From: Anaerolineales bacterium | GTDB taxonomy: Bacteria > Chloroflexota > Anaerolineae > Anaerolineales > Villigracilaceae | NCBI GenBank assembly: GCA_019187665.1 | Contig: JABARH010000003.1 | Location: forward strand, 222,982 to 254,981 | DNA: 32,000 nt | Direction of reading: 5' to 3' | Shown here: positions 13,699-22,209 of the stretch, one piece after another | Layout of the letters: each line of letters begins with the position of its first letter | Numbering within the stretch: the stretch's first letter is position 1 | Made by a program: the position numbers and the translations under genes | Notes under the pieces: model-generated | Database searches by the model: none | Seen by the model: only the letters and a program-made list of their open reading frames with translations | What the model was told of the DNA's origin: nothing

Positions 13699-15804
13699 AT
13701 GCCCTTCCTCTTCCAAAAATTTCACAACTGGAAATACAGCGCGCAGACGATCCTCCTCGGCGCGGCCCTGCTCGCCTACGGACTCTTTGCCGGTCAACAG
13801 GGTTTCCACTGGGATGATTGGGGCTTCGTGTGGATGATGCGCTTCGGCGGCGCGGAACGTCTGCTGGATTATTTCTCTGTGGCGCGGCCCGTGCTGGCGC
13901 GGATGTATCTCGTCACCCTGCCCCTGCTCGGAGCGAATCCGCTCGCGTGGCAGGTCTTCGCATTGTTCTGGCGCGCCGCCTGCGCGATCGCCATGTGGTG
14001 GGCGCTTAAGCAAATCTTCCCAAAATATCCGCGAGAAATTTTCTGGATTTCCCTGCTCGCCCTCGTTTACCCCGGCTTCAGCCAACATTCCATCGCCATC
14101 GCCTACGGACATTACTCGCTGCTCTTCACCGCCTTCTGGCTCTCGCTTGGATTGATGATCGTCGCCCTGCGCGCCGAAAAACGGAAATGGATTCCCCTAT
14201 CGGCGGCGCTGATTCTTTCTGCGTGGTCGCTGTTTTCGGCGGAATACGCATTCGGATTGGAATTACTTCGCCCGGTATTTCTATGGTTTGCAATCGCCAA
14301 TGCCTCCGATACGCTCAAAACAAAAATAATCAAAACCCTCCGCGCTTACATCCCCTATCTCCTGATCCTCCTGGCTTTTATCATCTGGCGCGTCTTCATC
14401 TTCGGCTTCCAAATGTACGACGCCGAACTGTTCGACTCGAGCGCGACAGGCGCGCCCAGCGGACTGTCCGCCCTGCCGCGCATGATCGTAGACGCGTTGC
14501 TCAACGCCTCCGTCCGCGCCTGGACCGGCCTGCTCGATTTCTCCGCCTATGCCGATTTCGGCGCGCGCCTGCTCACGCTCACCTTGATCATCATCATCGG
14601 CGCATTCCTTTTCCTCGTCCACTACGATTCTCACTTATCACTTATCACTCGTCACTCATCACTTCCCGCTCCTCACTCCGCACGATCTTCCCAACCTCTA
14701 CTCCCCTTCACCCTCCTCGGCATCCTCGCCCTCCTCACCGCCGGGATTCCGTTCTACGTCGCCGGTCTCCCCATCACATTAAATTTCCCCAACGACCGCT
14801 TCACCATGTCCTTCGCGTTCGGCGCGGCAAGCCTGCTGGTCGGTCTCATCAATTTGATTCGCAAAAACGAATATCGCGCCGTCGCGTTAAGTCTGCTCGT
14901 CGCGCTCAGCATCGGCAAACAGATTCAATTCGCGCATGCCTTCCGCGAAGACTGGGAACTGCAAAAAAGTTTTTTCTGGCAACTCACCTGGCGCGCCCCG
15001 CAGATCGAGCCGGGCACTGCCCTGCTCTCCGACGATTCCGCGATTCGATTCTCCACCGACTATTCCCTCGCCGGTCCGCTCAACTGGCTCTACAACCCCG
15101 GCAATCCCAACGGCGGCGTGGACTACGCCTACTTTTTCATCGGCACGCGCCTGCATCACGAACTGCCCGACCTCAAAGAAAATCTACCCATCCAATCCAA
15201 CGTCCGCCTCTCAAGTTTCAGCGGCAACACCAGCGACATGCTCGTCTTTCAATTCCGCACGCCCGCCTGCCTGCACATCCTCGATCCAAAATATGATTCA
15301 GACATTCCCGCGCCGCCCAATTCAATTAGTGTGACGAAGGACATGCTCGCGGACGGAATCCCCGTTCTGACCGCGCGGACCTTGCAAGCCCTGCCCCTCT
15401 CCGATGTTTCCCGCATCGTGACTGACGGGACAGCGGGCGCCGCGCCTCCATCCTTTCTCTTCGGGACAGAGCCGCCGCATACATGGTGTTACTACTTCCA
15501 AAAAGCGGACCTCGCCCGTCAATCTGGCAACTGGGAACAAGTTGCAGAACTCGGCGACCAAGCCTTCGCGATTCCCTATCTGCCGGACGACGCCTCCGAA
15601 TTCCTCCCGTTCATCGAAGCCTATCTGCGCCTTGGACGAATGGACGACGCCCGCCAGTGGACGCGCAACGCCAGCAGGCAGATGCCCGTTATCGCTCCAG
15701 CCCTGTGCGCCGTGTGGCAGAGAGTCGCCGCGGATGAAATCGCCATCCCCGAATCCGCGCTGGAAAAAACGATCCGCGAATTAAAATATTGCCCGTCGCA
15801 ATAG
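13699..15804 (+). CDS. Large polytopic membrane protein, GT-C/ArnT-PMT-like glycosyltransferase fold suspected, with a C-terminal soluble TPR-like region
   Basis: More than 10 predicted TM helices. There is an acidic HWDDWGF motif in the first loop, as in GT-C enzymes. The C-terminus has helical-repeat-like sequence (GNWEQVAELGDQAF...AYLRLGRMDDARQW). The function is inferred only from this architecture. Confidence 0.6.
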   Translation: MPFLFQKFHNWKYSAQTILLGAALLAYGLFAGQQGFHWDDWGFVWMMRFGGAERLLDYFSVARPVLARMYLVTLPLLGANPLAWQVFALFWRAACAIAMWWALKQIFPKYPREIFWISLLALVYPGFSQHSIAIAYGHYSLLFTAFWLSLGLMIVALRAEKRKWIPLSAALILSAWSLFSAEYAFGLELLRPVFLWFAIANASDTLKTKIIKTLRAYIPYLLILLAFIIWRVFIFGFQMYDAELFDSSATGAPSGLSALPRMIVDALLNASVRAWTGLLDFSAYADFGARLLTLTLIIIIGAFLFLVHYDSHLSLITRHSSLPAPHSARSSQPLLPFTLLGILALLTAGIPFYVAGLPITLNFPNDRFTMSFAFGAASLLVGLINLIRKNEYRAVALSLLVALSIGKQIQFAHAFREDWELQKSFFWQLTWRAPQIEPGTALLSDDSAIRFSTDYSLAGPLNWLYNPGNPNGGVDYAYFFIGTRLHHELPDLKENLPIQSNVRLSSFSGNTSDMLVFQFRTPACLHILDPKYDSDIPAPPNSISVTKDMLADGIPVLTARTLQALPLSDVSRIVTDGTAGAAPPSFLFGTEPPHTWCYYFQKADLARQSGNWEQVAELGDQAFAIPYLPDDASEFLPFIEAYLRLGRMDDARQWTRNASRQMPVIAPALCAVWQRVAADEIAIPESALEKTIRELKYCPSQ
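14631..14679 (+). repeat. Heptamer tandem repeat inside the membrane-protein CDS
   Basis: The units are TCACTTA TCACTTA TCACTCG TCACTCA TCACTTC CCGCTCC TCACTCC, encoding SHLSLITRHSSLPAPHS between two hydrophobic segments. Confidence 0.8.
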
Positions 15805-15841
15805 TGCCGCAAGATTTATCTTGCGCGCAGAGGCTATAACA

Positions 15842-17479
15842 ATGAAGCAGACCTACGACTACGTCATCATCGGCTCGGGATTCGGCGGAAGCGTTTCCGC
15901 CATGCGTCTCGCCGAAAAAGGATATTCGGTGCTCGTCCTCGAAAAAGGGAAACAATTCGAGGATAAGGATTTTGCAAAAACAAACTGGCAGTATTGGAAA
16001 TACCTGTGGCTGCCCGCCCTGCGCGCGCACGGCATTTTGCAGATCAGCATCCTCAAAGGGGTGATGGTCATGCACGGCACGGGCGTGGGCGGAGGCAGTC
16101 TTGGTTATGCCAACGTCCTCGAAGTCCCCACCGCTGAAACGTTTGCGACTCCCGCATGGAAGCAAAACCTGTCCTGGGGAAAAATCCTCGAGCCGCATTA
16201 TGCCACCGCCAAAAAAATGCTCGGCGCGGCGCGCAACCCAAAACTTTGGAAGGCGGACCTGCTCCTGAAAGATTTCGCCGAGGAACGCGGCATGGGACAC
16301 ACCTTCCGCGCCACCGAAGTCGGCGCATACTTCGGCGAGGCGGGCGTCACCGTCGCGGACCCATACTTCGGCGGAGCGGGACCCGACCGCGCGGGATGCC
16401 GTCACTGCGGCGGGTGCATGGTGGGGTGTCGTCACAACGCGAAGAACACACTCCCAAAGAATTATTTGTATTTCGCGCAGAAGAACGGCGCAGAGGTAAT
16501 GGCGGAGGTTGAAGTTGTAGATGTAAAACCGCTGACAATTAACAGCGGACAGTTGACTGCCAGCCACCAACCATCAACTACCAACGGCACTCGTTACGAA
16601 ATCACCTACCATTCCTCCACATCTCCATTCAAGCGCAAGCGAACAATCCATGCCAAGAACGTCGTCTTCTCCGCGGGCGTAATGGGAACGATGCGCCTGC
16701 TTTTGAATTTGCGCGACGTAAAAAAATCCCTGCCGAATCTTTCGCCGCGTCTCGGCCACATGGTACGCACCAACTCCGAAGGTCTGCTCGGCTCGCTGGC
16801 GCGCAACTCAGACATCAACTATTCAGAGGGCGTCTCCATCTCTTCCATCTATAACCACGACGAGGTCACGCGCGTCGAGCCGGTGCGCTACCCCGACGGG
16901 TCCAGCCTGATGCGCTTCCTCGCCGCGCCGCTGATCGAAAAAGACATCCCCGTTATGATGAGGATTCTGAAATTCATCGCCTGGTCGCTGACTCACCCGC
17001 TCGATTTTCTAAAGGCGCTCTTCCTGCCGGACTGGGCGCACAACACCACCATTCTGCTCGTCATGCAAAACGCCGACAACCGCATGAGATTCCGCATGGG
17101 CCGCAGTTTCTTCACACTCTTTCGGCGCGGTCTGGTCGCGGACGAGGAGCCTGGCTACACGATCCACGCGCAAGTCGGCGGCTCGCACGAACTGACGCGC
17201 GAATTCGCCCAACGCACCAACGGCATCGCGCTCGGCTCCATCGGCGAAAATTTGCTCGGCTTGCCCACCACCGCGCACATCCTCGGCGGCGCGCCCATTG
17301 GAAAAAACGCCGAAGACGGTGTTGTGGATGAAAATTTTGCCATCCACAACTACCCCGGCCTCTACATCATTGACGGCTCGATCATGCCCGCCAATCCCGG
17401 CGTCAACCCGTCACTGACAATCACCGCCCTCGCGGAATATGCGATGAGTCGGATTCAAGGGAAGTATGTAGACAAGTAG
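15842..17479 (+). CDS. GMC-family FAD oxidoreductase (cholesterol-oxidase/choline-dehydrogenase-like)
   Basis: YDYVIIGSGFGGSVSAMRLAEKGYSVLVLEKG is the GMC N-terminal FAD fold. The C-terminal LYIIDGSIMPANPGVNPSLTITALAE is the GMC signature. The ATG at 15842 is preferred over the listed TTG at 15821. The last codons (VDK-stop) lie in the octamer array. Confidence 0.9.
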   Translation: MKQTYDYVIIGSGFGGSVSAMRLAEKGYSVLVLEKGKQFEDKDFAKTNWQYWKYLWLPALRAHGILQISILKGVMVMHGTGVGGGSLGYANVLEVPTAETFATPAWKQNLSWGKILEPHYATAKKMLGAARNPKLWKADLLLKDFAEERGMGHTFRATEVGAYFGEAGVTVADPYFGGAGPDRAGCRHCGGCMVGCRHNAKNTLPKNYLYFAQKNGAEVMAEVEVVDVKPLTINSGQLTASHQPSTTNGTRYEITYHSSTSPFKRKRTIHAKNVVFSAGVMGTMRLLLNLRDVKKSLPNLSPRLGHMVRTNSEGLLGSLARNSDINYSEGVSISSIYNHDEVTRVEPVRYPDGSSLMRFLAAPLIEKDIPVMMRILKFIAWSLTHPLDFLKALFLPDWAHNTTILLVMQNADNRMRFRMGRSFFTLFRRGLVADEEPGYTIHAQVGGSHELTREFAQRTNGIALGSIGENLLGLPTTAHILGGAPIGKNAEDGVVDENFAIHNYPGLYIIDGSIMPANPGVNPSLTITALAEYAMSRIQGKYVDK

Positions 17480-17539
17480 ACACGTACACACGTAGACACG
17501 TAGACACGTACACACGTAGACACGTACACACGTAGACAC
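17468..17539. repeat. Octamer microsatellite, 9 units (GTAGACAC/GTACACAC)
   Basis: Nine contiguous 8-nt units, counted directly. The first two units contain the final codons and the TAG stop (17477-17479) of the GMC gene. It uses the same unit family as 4067-4123. Confidence 0.95.
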
Positions 17540-17684
17540 GTATCTCGTATCTCGTATCCCGTATCCCGTATCCCGTAACCCGTAACCCGTATCCCGTAAC
17601 CCGTATCCCGTATCCCGTAACCCGTAACCCGTATCCCGTAACCCGTATATCCCGTAACCCGTATCCCGTATCCCGTATCCCCCC
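17540..17684. repeat. Heptamer microsatellite, 20 units (GTATCTC x2, then GTATCCC/GTAACCC, one unit expanded to 9 nt)
   Basis: Counted directly. Eighteen units carry CCC on the plus strand, which reads as GGG-N4 periodicity on the minus strand. The array ends 22 nt before the kynureninase ATG. Confidence 0.95.
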
Positions 17685-17705
17685 TTCATCCTTTACAATA
17701 AACAC

Positions 17706-18980
17706 ATGTCCACTTTCTCCCCCTCCCGCTCTCACGCCCTCGAACTCGATCAACAAGACCCCCTCGCCTCCTTCCGCGAACGCTTCGTCATCAGCGACTC
17801 CGAACTGCTCTACATGGACGGCAACTCGCTCGGTCGTCTGCCCAAAGCCGCAGTGGAACGCACCCGTCAAGTCGTCGAAACCGAATGGGGACAAGACCTC
17901 ATTCGCGGCTGGAACAAAGGCTGGTGGGAAGCGCCGCAACGCGTCGGCGACAAGATCGGACAACTGACCGGCGCCGCACCGGGTCAAGTCATCGTCAGCG
18001 ACACAACCTCGCTCAACCTCTACAAACTCGTCATGGCGGCGTTAATGCACCAACCGAATCGCAAACGCATCATCAGCGACGCATTCAACTTTCCCTCCGA
18101 TCTTTATATCTTGCAGGGCTGCGCCAACGTATTCGGCAACCGCCACGAAATCATTCGCGTCGGTTCGCAAGACGAAGGATTGACTCCCGATCTCAACGCG
18201 CTCGAATCCGCCATCAACGAAGACACCGCCCTCGTCACGCTTTCGCACGTCTTCTTCAAAAGCGGCTACCTCTACGACATGCAACACATCACCGACCTCG
18301 CCCACCGCAAGGGCGCGCTCGTCTTGTGGGACCTCTGCCACTCCGTCGGCGCCCTGCCCATCCAACTCGACGCCTGCAACGCCGACCTCGCCATCGGTTG
18401 CACCTACAAATATCTCAACGGCGGACCCGGCGCGCCCGCCTTCCTCTACGTCAACAAAAATATTCAGCAAAAAATGGTCTCACCCATCTGGGGCTGGTGG
18501 GGACAAAACAAACCGTTCGACTTCGGTCTCGATTACGAACCCGCGCCCGGGGTCAACCACTTCCTCGTCGGTTCCCAGCCGATACTCTCCCTGCTGATGA
18601 TGGAATCCGCGCTCGACCCGACTCTCGAAGCCGGGCTGGATTCCATCCGCCAAAAATCGGTCGCGCTGACGGGCTACCTGATCCACCTCGCCGACGAGAT
18701 CCTCTCCCCGCTGGGATTCCGCCTCGGCTCCCCGCGCGCAGCGGATCGGCGCGGCTCGCACGTCTCCCTCCGCCATGCCGACGCGTACCGCATCAACCGC
18801 GCGTTGATCGAGGAGCTGAACGTCATCCCCGACTTCCGCGCCCCCGACAACATCCGCCTCGGGCTCGCGCCGCTCTACACGACCTTCGTCGAGGTGTGGG
18901 ATACAATAGACCGCATCCGCCGCGTGATCGAGGAAAAACGCCACGAAAAATATCCGCAGACCAGACTCACGGTAACATGA
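17706..18980 (+). CDS. kynU: Kynureninase (PLP-dependent)
   Basis: The N-terminal [14 protein letters not shown]...YMDGNSLG, the WDLCHSVGA motif and the PLP-lysine motif [13 protein letters not shown] are characteristic of KynU. Confidence 0.9.
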   Translation: MSTFSPSRSHALELDQQDPLASFRERFVISDSELLYMDGNSLGRLPKAAVERTRQVVETEWGQDLIRGWNKGWWEAPQRVGDKIGQLTGAAPGQVIVSDTTSLNLYKLVMAALMHQPNRKRIISDAFNFPSDLYILQGCANVFGNRHEIIRVGSQDEGLTPDLNALESAINEDTALVTLSHVFFKSGYLYDMQHITDLAHRKGALVLWDLCHSVGALPIQLDACNADLAIGCTYKYLNGGPGAPAFLYVNKNIQQKMVSPIWGWWGQNKPFDFGLDYEPAPGVNHFLVGSQPILSLLMMESALDPTLEAGLDSIRQKSVALTGYLIHLADEILSPLGFRLGSPRAADRRGSHVSLRHADAYRINRALIEELNVIPDFRAPDNIRLGLAPLYTTFVEVWDTIDRIRRVIEEKRHEKYPQTRLTVT

Positions 18981-19957
18981 CCCGCGCCGCATCGCACACC
19001 CGCATCATCCACATTCCAAACGCCGAATTCCTGCCGGGCGCCCGGCTGGAATCGCTGCGCGTGGAAAAACGCGGAAAACGCGAGGACCTGGCGCTCGACA
19101 TCCTCGGCTTCAAACCGGGCGGAGCGCCCGCGCTGGTCATGGAAGATGACAGGCTCTACGAGCGCATCGAAGGACATACCCGCCCCATCCGCTTGCGCTT
19201 CAAAGGCGTGAAAGATATTCAACTCAGCGGCTTATATGAAAATCTTGCAGAGATTCCAGCGGAGCATGATACCCGCCTCCTGCGCGATATTTTTGCGTTC
19301 CGCCCCAGGGATGAATCGCTTGCGTTTTTCCTGGTGATGAACAATGCCCCCGAGGAAGCCGACCTGCGATTCTTTGCCGGGCGTGTCGTCGAAGAATCGC
19401 GCGAAGGCGAGACTCACCCGGTGGTGATCACGCGCGATTGGTCCTCGCCGCCAGCCATGCCAGAGCGGATCGTCCCGGACACAAAGAGCCTCTATCAAAA
19501 ATTCGGCGGCGACCCGGTAACGGTAAAACTCAAAGGCAGACCGCATCACCGGCGCCTGTTCATCGGCGGGTTGGATAAACAGACCGAATCCCGCCCGGAC
19601 GTTGACACGGTCTTGAACCTCGGCGAAGAACCCAGCCGCTGGGCGATCGCCAATCGCGCGCTCGACCCGCGCGACCGCTGGTCGCATAAAGGCGAAGGAC
19701 GCCTCGGCATGGATGTGGACGAGATCACGCGCGAAGCCTATTGGGTCACCGAACGCCTGCTGTCCGGTCAACGCGCGCTGGTGCATTGCGTGGCTGGAAT
19801 GAATCGTTCCGCCACGATCTGTTGCGCGGTGGTCATGCTGCTCGAGGGACTCTCCGCCGAAGCCGCGCTGGAGCGCGTGCGCAAGCATCACCCCTGGGCG
19901 CGCCCGGATGCAAGCCACTGGCTGAAATTGCGCTGGCTGGCAAGCACGCTAAAATAA
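18977..19957 (+). CDS. Cys-based protein phosphatase (dual-specificity/PTP-like HCx5R domain) with an unassigned ~200-aa N-terminal domain
   Basis: The ATG at 18977 overlaps the kynU stop (ATGA). The C-terminal VHCVAGMNRSATI matches the HCxxGxxR(S/T) P-loop. The listed 690-aa ORF upstream of 18977 is an out-of-frame overlap with kynU. Confidence 0.75.
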   Translation: MTRAASHTRIIHIPNAEFLPGARLESLRVEKRGKREDLALDILGFKPGGAPALVMEDDRLYERIEGHTRPIRLRFKGVKDIQLSGLYENLAEIPAEHDTRLLRDIFAFRPRDESLAFFLVMNNAPEEADLRFFAGRVVEESREGETHPVVITRDWSSPPAMPERIVPDTKSLYQKFGGDPVTVKLKGRPHHRRLFIGGLDKQTESRPDVDTVLNLGEEPSRWAIANRALDPRDRWSHKGEGRLGMDVDEITREAYWVTERLLSGQRALVHCVAGMNRSATICCAVVMLLEGLSAEAALERVRKHHPWARPDASHWLKLRWLASTLK

Positions 19958-19989
19958 TATCTCCGAAGCCGCCCGGCTCCGGAGATATT
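19956..19989. terminator. Hairpin between convergent genes (likely the fbaB terminator)
   Basis: A 15-bp stem (19956-19970 with 19975-19989, one mismatch) has a 4-nt loop. On the minus strand it is followed by ATTATTTTA. Confidence 0.6.
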
Positions 19990-19994
19990 GTTCA

Positions 19995-21059
19995 CTACGC
20001 CACCAAGATACCCGTATCCAGATACACATCCTGAATAGTGTTAAGCAACTGCACGCCCTCCGCCATCGGCCGCTGGAAGGCTTTGCGCCCGGAAATAAGA
20101 CCCTGCCCGCCGGCGCGCTTGTTGATCACGGCGGTCGCGGCGGCCTCGGCAAAGTCGTTCTCGCCCGACGCGCCGCCGCTGTTGATCAGGCCGGCGCGCC
20201 CCGCGAAACAGTTGATCACCTGATAACGGCACAGGTCAATCGGATGGTCGCTGGTCAGGTCGCTGTAGATACGCTTGTCCAGTTTGCCGTACGAACTCCC
20301 GCCGGAGTTCAGCGCGATAAAGCCGCCGTTATTTTCGGGGAGTTTTTGCTTGATGATATCCGCCTCGATCGTGACTCCAATATGATTCGCCTGGCCGGTC
20401 AAGTCGGCGGAGACGTGATAATCCTTATCCTGCTTGAAGGCGGGGTTACGAAGATAACACCATAGCACGGTTGCCATGCCAAGTTCGTGCGCCAGGGCAA
20501 AGGCCTGCGCGATCTCGACAATCTCGCGGTGCGAGTCGTCTGAACCGAAATAGATGGTCGCACCGACCGCGGCCGCGCCCATGTCGTAGGCCTGCTCCAC
20601 TGTTCCAAAGAGAATCTGTTCGAAACTGTTCGGGTACGTCAGCAACTCATTATGATTGATCTTCACAAGGAAGGGAATCTTGTGCGCGTACTTGCGCGAC
20701 ATCATCCCCAGCGCGCCAAACGTGGAGGCGACCGCGTTACATCCGCCCTCGATGGCGAGTTGGACGATCTTTTCAGGATCGAAGTAATCGGGATTCCTGG
20801 CAAAGGACGCGCCGCCCGAATGTTCAATGCCCTGATCCACCGGCAGGATCGAGAGGTAGCCGCTCCCTGCAAGACGACCGGCGTTGTATATACGTTGCAG
20901 GTTTGCCAGCACGCGCGGATTGCGGTCCGACTGCGCGAAGACGCGGTCCACAAAATCGGGACCGGCCGGGCACAAGCGTTCCTTCGGTATCTTCGGGGCA
21001 TTGAATCCGAGCAGGAACTCCGCTTTGGCCCCCAACAGGGTTTGAATGTTCGTTACCAT
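19995..21059 (-). CDS. fbaB: Class I fructose-bisphosphate aldolase (FbaB/DhnA type)
   Basis: The length (354 aa) and sequence ([23 protein letters not shown] with the Schiff-base Lys region, [14 protein letters not shown]) resemble E. coli FbaB from memory. Confidence 0.88.
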   Translation of the reverse strand: MVTNIQTLLGAKAEFLLGFNAPKIPKERLCPAGPDFVDRVFAQSDRNPRVLANLQRIYNAGRLAGSGYLSILPVDQGIEHSGGASFARNPDYFDPEKIVQLAIEGGCNAVASTFGALGMMSRKYAHKIPFLVKINHNELLTYPNSFEQILFGTVEQAYDMGAAAVGATIYFGSDDSHREIVEIAQAFALAHELGMATVLWCYLRNPAFKQDKDYHVSADLTGQANHIGVTIEADIIKQKLPENNGGFIALNSGGSSYGKLDKRIYSDLTSDHPIDLCRYQVINCFAGRAGLINSGGASGENDFAEAAATAVINKRAGGQGLISGRKAFQRPMAEGVQLLNTIQDVYLDTGILVA

Positions 21060-21313
21060 CTATCATTCTCCTTAAGAATCTGGTGTTTTTCTCGCTGCGA
21101 ATGGAAATCCGGGCGGCGAAGGTTTTCGAATACTCTCTGCGCGCGCTGCATCCCTTCGCGGTTAATGTACGCGCCTGACGCGTGCTGCGAGATGTATTCT
21201 GCGTCCAGCAAGATTCCTTAAAAGTTGCGGCGCTGAAACTGCGCGGCAGCGCTGCTTTACTCTTCTTCAAACACGAACTTTGGACGACCCAAGTCTTTCT
21301 TGATTAGACTTTA

Positions 21314-21442
21314 TCGGTAATTTCTCTACCGTACATGAGAAGATTTTTACCGCAAAGCACGCTAAGGTCGCCAAGTTAAAAAGGTTTTCTTTGCGTTCTT
21401 TGCGGGCGTAGCGGTGCAAATGTACGGTAGAGAGTCGGTAAT
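21314..21442. mobile_element. MITE-like nested hairpin element with terminal inverted repeats and flanking 8-nt direct repeats
   Basis: The perfect 14-bp inverted repeat is TCTCTACCGTACAT (21323-21336) and ATGTACGGTAGAGA (21420-21433). The direct repeat TCGGTAAT sits at 21314-21321 and 21435-21442, one nt outside each inverted repeat. The core (21349-21415) is a 3 x 9-mer / inverted 3 x 9-mer hairpin related to the ggt insertion. Confidence 0.7.
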
Positions 21443-21461
21443 AAGCCCAAGTTCTTGTGTA

Positions 21462-21532
21462 GGACGCGGATCAACGCCGATGAACGCTGATACAGAGGAT
21501 AAAATCCGCGTTTTCCGCGTCAATCCGCGTCC
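21462..21532. repeat. Hairpin element with arms made of three ~10-nt units (ACGCNGA / TCCGCGT)
   Basis: GGACGCGGAT (21462-21471) and ATCCGCGTCC (21523-21532) are a perfect 10-bp inverted repeat. The left arm has ACGCGGA, ACGCCGA and ACGCTGA at 21464, 21474 and 21484. The right arm has TCCGCGT at 21505, 21514 and 21524. Confidence 0.8.
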
Positions 21533-21641
21533 GAAAAATGATTTCCGACAACGTCTATTATAACTCCGAAGTCAGGCTATAATGGAAGCGGCGCGCAACG
21601 CAAGCCGTTTTTCTTCGTAGATTAATTTCAAGGAGGCTCAC

Positions 21642-22163
21642 ATGAGCGATTTTTTTGAAAAAGTGACCAGTGGTCAAGACATCTTCAAAAACCTGGCCAG
21701 CAAGATTCCAGGCTTTGGCGGCTATGTGGAACGCCAGAACCGCCGCGCAGCGGATAAACTCCTGCGCGAGACCGCAGCCCGCCGCTTCGAAGAACTGTAC
21801 GCGCGCGCTTCCGCCCTCCAGGCGGATCTCGCATCGAATGGAATGATCTCTGTTGTGGACGACATGGAAAAGGCGGCCATCAAAATCCGCACCTTCATAG
21901 ACAAGGTCGGCATGGCGGCCTACGGCACATCCGGGTTGTTCGACGCGGTCAAGATCAACGAAAAGGAACTCGAGCAACTTTACCAGTTCGACAGCGGATT
22001 CTTCGCCATCGGCGACCAGATCGCATCCGCCCTCGACAACGTGGAGGCCAGCCTCGGCGACGAAGACGCCCTGCCCGCCGCCATCCGCAACGTCACAAGT
22101 CTCGCCCGCGAGGCCGTCAAACTCTTCGAGCGCCGCGCCGAAGTTTTCACAGGTTCCCAGTAA
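21642..22163 (+). CDS. Hypothetical helical protein (173 aa), family not recognised
   Basis: A strong AGGAGG RBS lies 6 nt upstream of the ATG. The composition looks protein-like and the gene is followed by a 15-bp-stem hairpin. Confidence 0.7.
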   Translation: MSDFFEKVTSGQDIFKNLASKIPGFGGYVERQNRRAADKLLRETAARRFEELYARASALQADLASNGMISVVDDMEKAAIKIRTFIDKVGMAAYGTSGLFDAVKINEKELEQLYQFDSGFFAIGDQIASALDNVEASLGDEDALPAAIRNVTSLAREAVKLFERRAEVFTGSQ

Positions 22164-22167
22164 TCAT

Positions 22168-22200
22168 AGGCCCTAAAGGTTTTCCAAACCTTCAGGGCCT
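22168..22200 (+). terminator. Hairpin after the hypothetical gene, immediately upstream of the molybdenum hydroxylase cluster
   Basis: AGGCCCTAAAGGTTT (22168-22182), loop TCC, then AAACCTTCAGGGCCT (22186-22200), with one mismatch. There is no strong T-tract. Confidence 0.45.
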
Positions 22201-22209
22201 TCCTTAAAT

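Noticed and set aside
14187-15296. 369-aa alternative plus-strand frame inside the GT-C-like gene
   Set aside because: It is an Arg/Pro/His-rich artefact. The 13699 frame encodes coherent TM helices on both sides of the heptamer repeat.
15689-16570. 293-aa minus-strand ORF antisense to the GMC oxidoreductase. The same issue applies to 19232-19918, 22204-23109, 24013-24726 and 25342-26235.
   Set aside because: The opposite strand carries strongly motif-supported genes in each case. These ORFs have Arg/Gly/Asp-rich composition and no recognisable motifs.
17468-17684. Possible CRISPR array or eukaryotic telomere-like contamination
   Set aside because: The units are 7-8 nt and contiguous with no spacers, so it is not a CRISPR. 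The GGGTTAC/GGGATAC units resemble telomeric repeats only superficially. The array is flanked on both sides by ordinary bacterial genes and even includes the stop codon of one.
17885-18976. N-terminal 364 aa of the listed 690-aa ORF
   Set aside because: It overlaps kynureninase out of frame and has Arg/Pro/His-rich composition. The real gene starts at the ATG at 18977, overlapping the kynU stop.
21060-21313. Possible riboswitch or sRNA in the long fbaB leader
   Set aside because: I could not recognise any known riboswitch core or a conserved-looking structure by eye. A covariance-model scan would be needed, so no call is made.
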